64,000 nucleotides of DNA, taken from Octopus sinensis. Lineage: Eukaryota. Under the pieces are notes generated by a model. The model was not told the DNA's origin, searched no databases, and saw only the letters and a program-made list of their open reading frames with translations. Shown here piece after piece: positions 61,441 to 64,000 of the stretch (position 1 is its first letter; each line of letters starts with the position of its first letter). The position numbers and the translations under genes are program-made. The stretch lies in NCBI RefSeq assembly GCF_006345805.1, contig NC_043019.1:1240001-1304000 (forward strand), written 5' to 3'.

Positions 61441-63531
61441 CTGAACTGTTCAGACGTGTTATTTTGCTGCTTCAGATGTCACGTGTTAACGTGAAATATT
61501 GAACTTTTGACTCGACTACAGGTGGGCGTTTTGTATTTTTGGGAGTTTAGTGAAGTTTTATTGCTTGCATTAATGTTTTTTAGCATTTAATAATTTTAAG
61601 CAGATAATAAAACTCCACTTTGCTCCAGATGTAACTTTTCTGCCTGTTGTCGAGTGTAAAGAAAATTGTATTTTTAAAGCGGCGTAGTCCGTCTGCAAAA
61701 AAAATTGTTTTTGAATTTGTCTTTGTGTTATCCACGGGAATTACCAAGGAGTACCAAGGATTATTTTACCAAGGTGTTTTACCAACTGTGCATTTGGCCT
61801 GGAATACAATTTTTTGGCCGAAAAAAGTGAAAACCAAAAAAAGAAAAAATTATTTCCTTTGCCTGGATTTGAACTCTCTTTCTCCGTCTATCATTTATTT
61901 TTTAAAAAAGAACTTTTTTTGAACTGTTATTTCTAATTCTATTTCTGCCCTTCTGTTGCATTTTTCATTCTCCTTTCTGTGTCTAATTTTATGTTATCTC
62001 ATTTTGAAATGTTTTTTCTTACGTTATGGCAAAGAAATTCACTGTGTGGGAATTGACACCTCCCAAAAAATATTTGAATGACCTCGAGGACAAAACCGTG
62101 GTGTTGAGGACGTATTCAAAGTCGCTCAACGCCATAATGGTTTTCCCAAAATACACTATTGTTGACGAGCTGGCAGACTATATGCCAGCCGTTAAATACA
62201 TTCAACGGGGAGCCAAATACGCAACGATTTGGTTGCTGTTTGGCTCCCCTAAAGATGCTTGCGAGTTTGCAAGCAAGCCCATTGAGGGAAGGAAATCTTG
62301 TTTCTCCCCAGTTACAGGGGAGAAAAATTGACAAGACTATGGGTCTGCGGCCTGCCACCCGGCATTGAACCCGAGTGGATAGAAGACTCTATCCGCCGGG
62401 GTCTGGGTGACAGGGACGCAAAGATCCTGAACGTCAATATACAGTCTGCGGCTGATTGGGAGGGGTCTAAGGCTACCTTAACCCTATGGACCCAGTCAGC
62501 CAAGAGTCTGGTTTTGCCAGACTTTTTGAGAATGGCTGGGTCCAAGTATCCGGTGATACTTGAGGGACGCCCCCCCAAGTGTCACCTGTCTTTGGAGACC
62601 GGCCACATCAAGAAGAGCTGCCCCAGGGACCAGAGTAGGATCCTGGAGCGGCTGATATTGGAGCCTCTCTCTGCCTCTTCAATGGAGGGAGAGAAGCAAA
62701 GTGAGGAGTAGGAAAAATCCTCCTCCAAAAGAAAGAGAAAGGCGGGGAGCAATGGCGACCCACCAAAGAACCCGAAAGCTGCGGGAGAGGAGAACCCGGT
62801 GCGCACAGCTCCGGAACCTCAGCCTCCCGTGGCCCAGGGCCAGAAGAAAAAGAGAAACGGAGCGTCGCAGGCGGATTGCTACACGCAGACGACGGTTCCC
62901 GAGTATCCCGGGTCCTCTCAGGCGGGTGTGCCGCCTGAGGGACAATTTGTAGAAGATTGCGTGCTCCTCTTTTTTAGGGGAGAAGCGGTGGAAAACACCG
63001 CACGCAAAGTGAAAAAGAGAGGACGCTGGGAGGGGCTCTGGCCCTGCACGGAAGACCCCGAGTGGCCTTCGCAGTTAGCTGCGGAGGTCGTGGGAATTTC
63101 TGATCTACGCAGGATCATGAGTTCCTTCCCGGCAGACTCCTTCAAGTATATACTTCTGGACACCGGCCTGACCAGCGAGTATTGCCTCAATGAGGCAAGA
63201 GCAATGGTCGGCCGGGTCACTTAGGCGGTGTAACATCTTTGTAACATGTGGAAGAGGAGGTTCGTTGCCTCCTCTAAAATATGTAATTTGATATCATGTG
63301 AACATTTTGTAACATTTTGAAGAGGAGGTTTATTGCCTCCTCTAAAATTTGTAATTTGTAATCATTGTATTAAATGTAATTATTGAACATTGTTTTAGAG
63401 AAGCAAAAGTCGGCGGGCGCTTTCTGACTTCTCCCATCACCATTTTCATCCACCACCACCATCATCCATTAATGTCTTTGTCCAGCCCGTAGCTACTCTG
63501 TGTGCTGCCCTAGTGGCAAATTATTGAAATA
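61441..63531 (+). mobile_element. ORF1-only L1/Tx1-type non-autonomous retroelement (HAL1-like) with TSD
   Basis: AAGTAGCTTGCTAACCA is duplicated at 61424-61440 and 63532-63548. There is a ~585-bp 5' leader, an ORF1 relic, a ~310-bp 3' region and AATAAA at 63528-63533; no RT or endonuclease sequence. Confidence 0.78.
62026..63224 (+). pseudogene. LINE ORF1 (RRM-like segments plus zinc knuckle), disrupted by frameshifts and a stop
   Basis: ORFs 62026-62331, 62298-62711 and 62799-63224 join. RLWVCGLPPGIEPEWI is RRM-like; KCHLSLETGHIKKSCP is a CX2CX4HX4C knuckle with the second Cys changed to Ser, followed by a basic low-complexity tail. Confidence 0.8.
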
Positions 63532-63730
63532 AAGTAGCTTGCTAACCAACCACATGGTTCCAGGTTCAGTCCCACTGCGTGGCATCTTGGGCAAGTGTCT
63601 TCTGCTATAGCCCCGGGTCGACCAATGCCTTGTGAGTGGATTTGGTAGACGGAAACTGAAAGAAGCCTGTCGTATAATGTATATATATATATATGTGTGT
63701 GTATGTGTTTGTGTGTCTGTGTTTGTCCCC
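63532..63730 (+). mobile_element. SINE group A, remainder of the copy whose first bases lie at 61416-61440
   Basis: The SINE sequence resumes exactly at the TSD. Confidence 0.9.
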
Positions 63731-63811
63731 CTCTTCTTTTAAACGCGCCTATCACCCTAAACACTACGAAATACAGATACATTCAACCATTGCAATATGT
63801 TATTATTTTCA

Positions 63812-64000
63812 TAGGAAACTGAAAGAAGCCTGTCGTATATATGTATATATATGCGTTTGTGTGTTTGTGTGTCTGTGTGTGTGTCCCTAGCATTGCTTGA
63901 CAACCGATGTTGGTATGTTTACGTCCCCGTCACTTAGCGGTGCGGCAAAAGAGACCGATAGAATAAGTACTGGGCTTACAAAGAATAAGTCCAGGGGTCC
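63812..64000 (+). mobile_element. SINE group A, internal and 3' part (cut by window edge)
   Basis: GGAAACTGAAAGAAGCCTGTCG, microsatellite and tail motifs. Confidence 0.9.

Noticed and set aside
62026-63224. Host gene encoding a zinc-knuckle protein
   Set aside because: It is frameshifted, intronless and enclosed by a target-site duplication inside a SINE, so it is a retroelement ORF1.

Overview
This window is AT-rich, microsatellite-dense animal genomic DNA. It is very probably from an octopus: I infer this from tRNA-headed SINE families that I recognise from memory as octopod repeats, not from a search. I find no intact protein-coding gene, no RNA gene and no CRISPR array, and almost all ORFs in the supplied track are translations of (TA)n/(CA)n/(CTAT)n tracts. 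The window is a layered mobile-element landscape with five components. (1) About 30 SINE copies from four tRNA-headed groups with swapped heads and tails. (2) Many (TA)n-embedded Penelope-like (PLE) fragments, one with a recognisable linker plus GIY-YIG endonuclease relic (23771-24370, minus). Several PLE fragments form long fold-back hairpins, and several carry type I hammerhead ribozyme motifs with palindromic helix III (best at 30061-30125 minus; also 6937-6979 and 21587-21629 plus). (3) Decayed mariner, Tc1 and piggyBac transposons and MITEs, plus a CR1 3' end. (4) A 2.1-kb L1/Tx1-type element that carries ORF1 only, is flanked by a 15-17 bp target-site duplication and sits inside a SINE head. 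(5) A patchwork templated insertion at 6408-7326. Between the repeats, up to seven co-oriented minus-strand stretches show fragments of class A GPCR motifs in roughly the expected order, tentatively a dead tandem array of intronless receptors. All translations and alignments were done by eye, and boundaries are approximate unless exact motifs are quoted.
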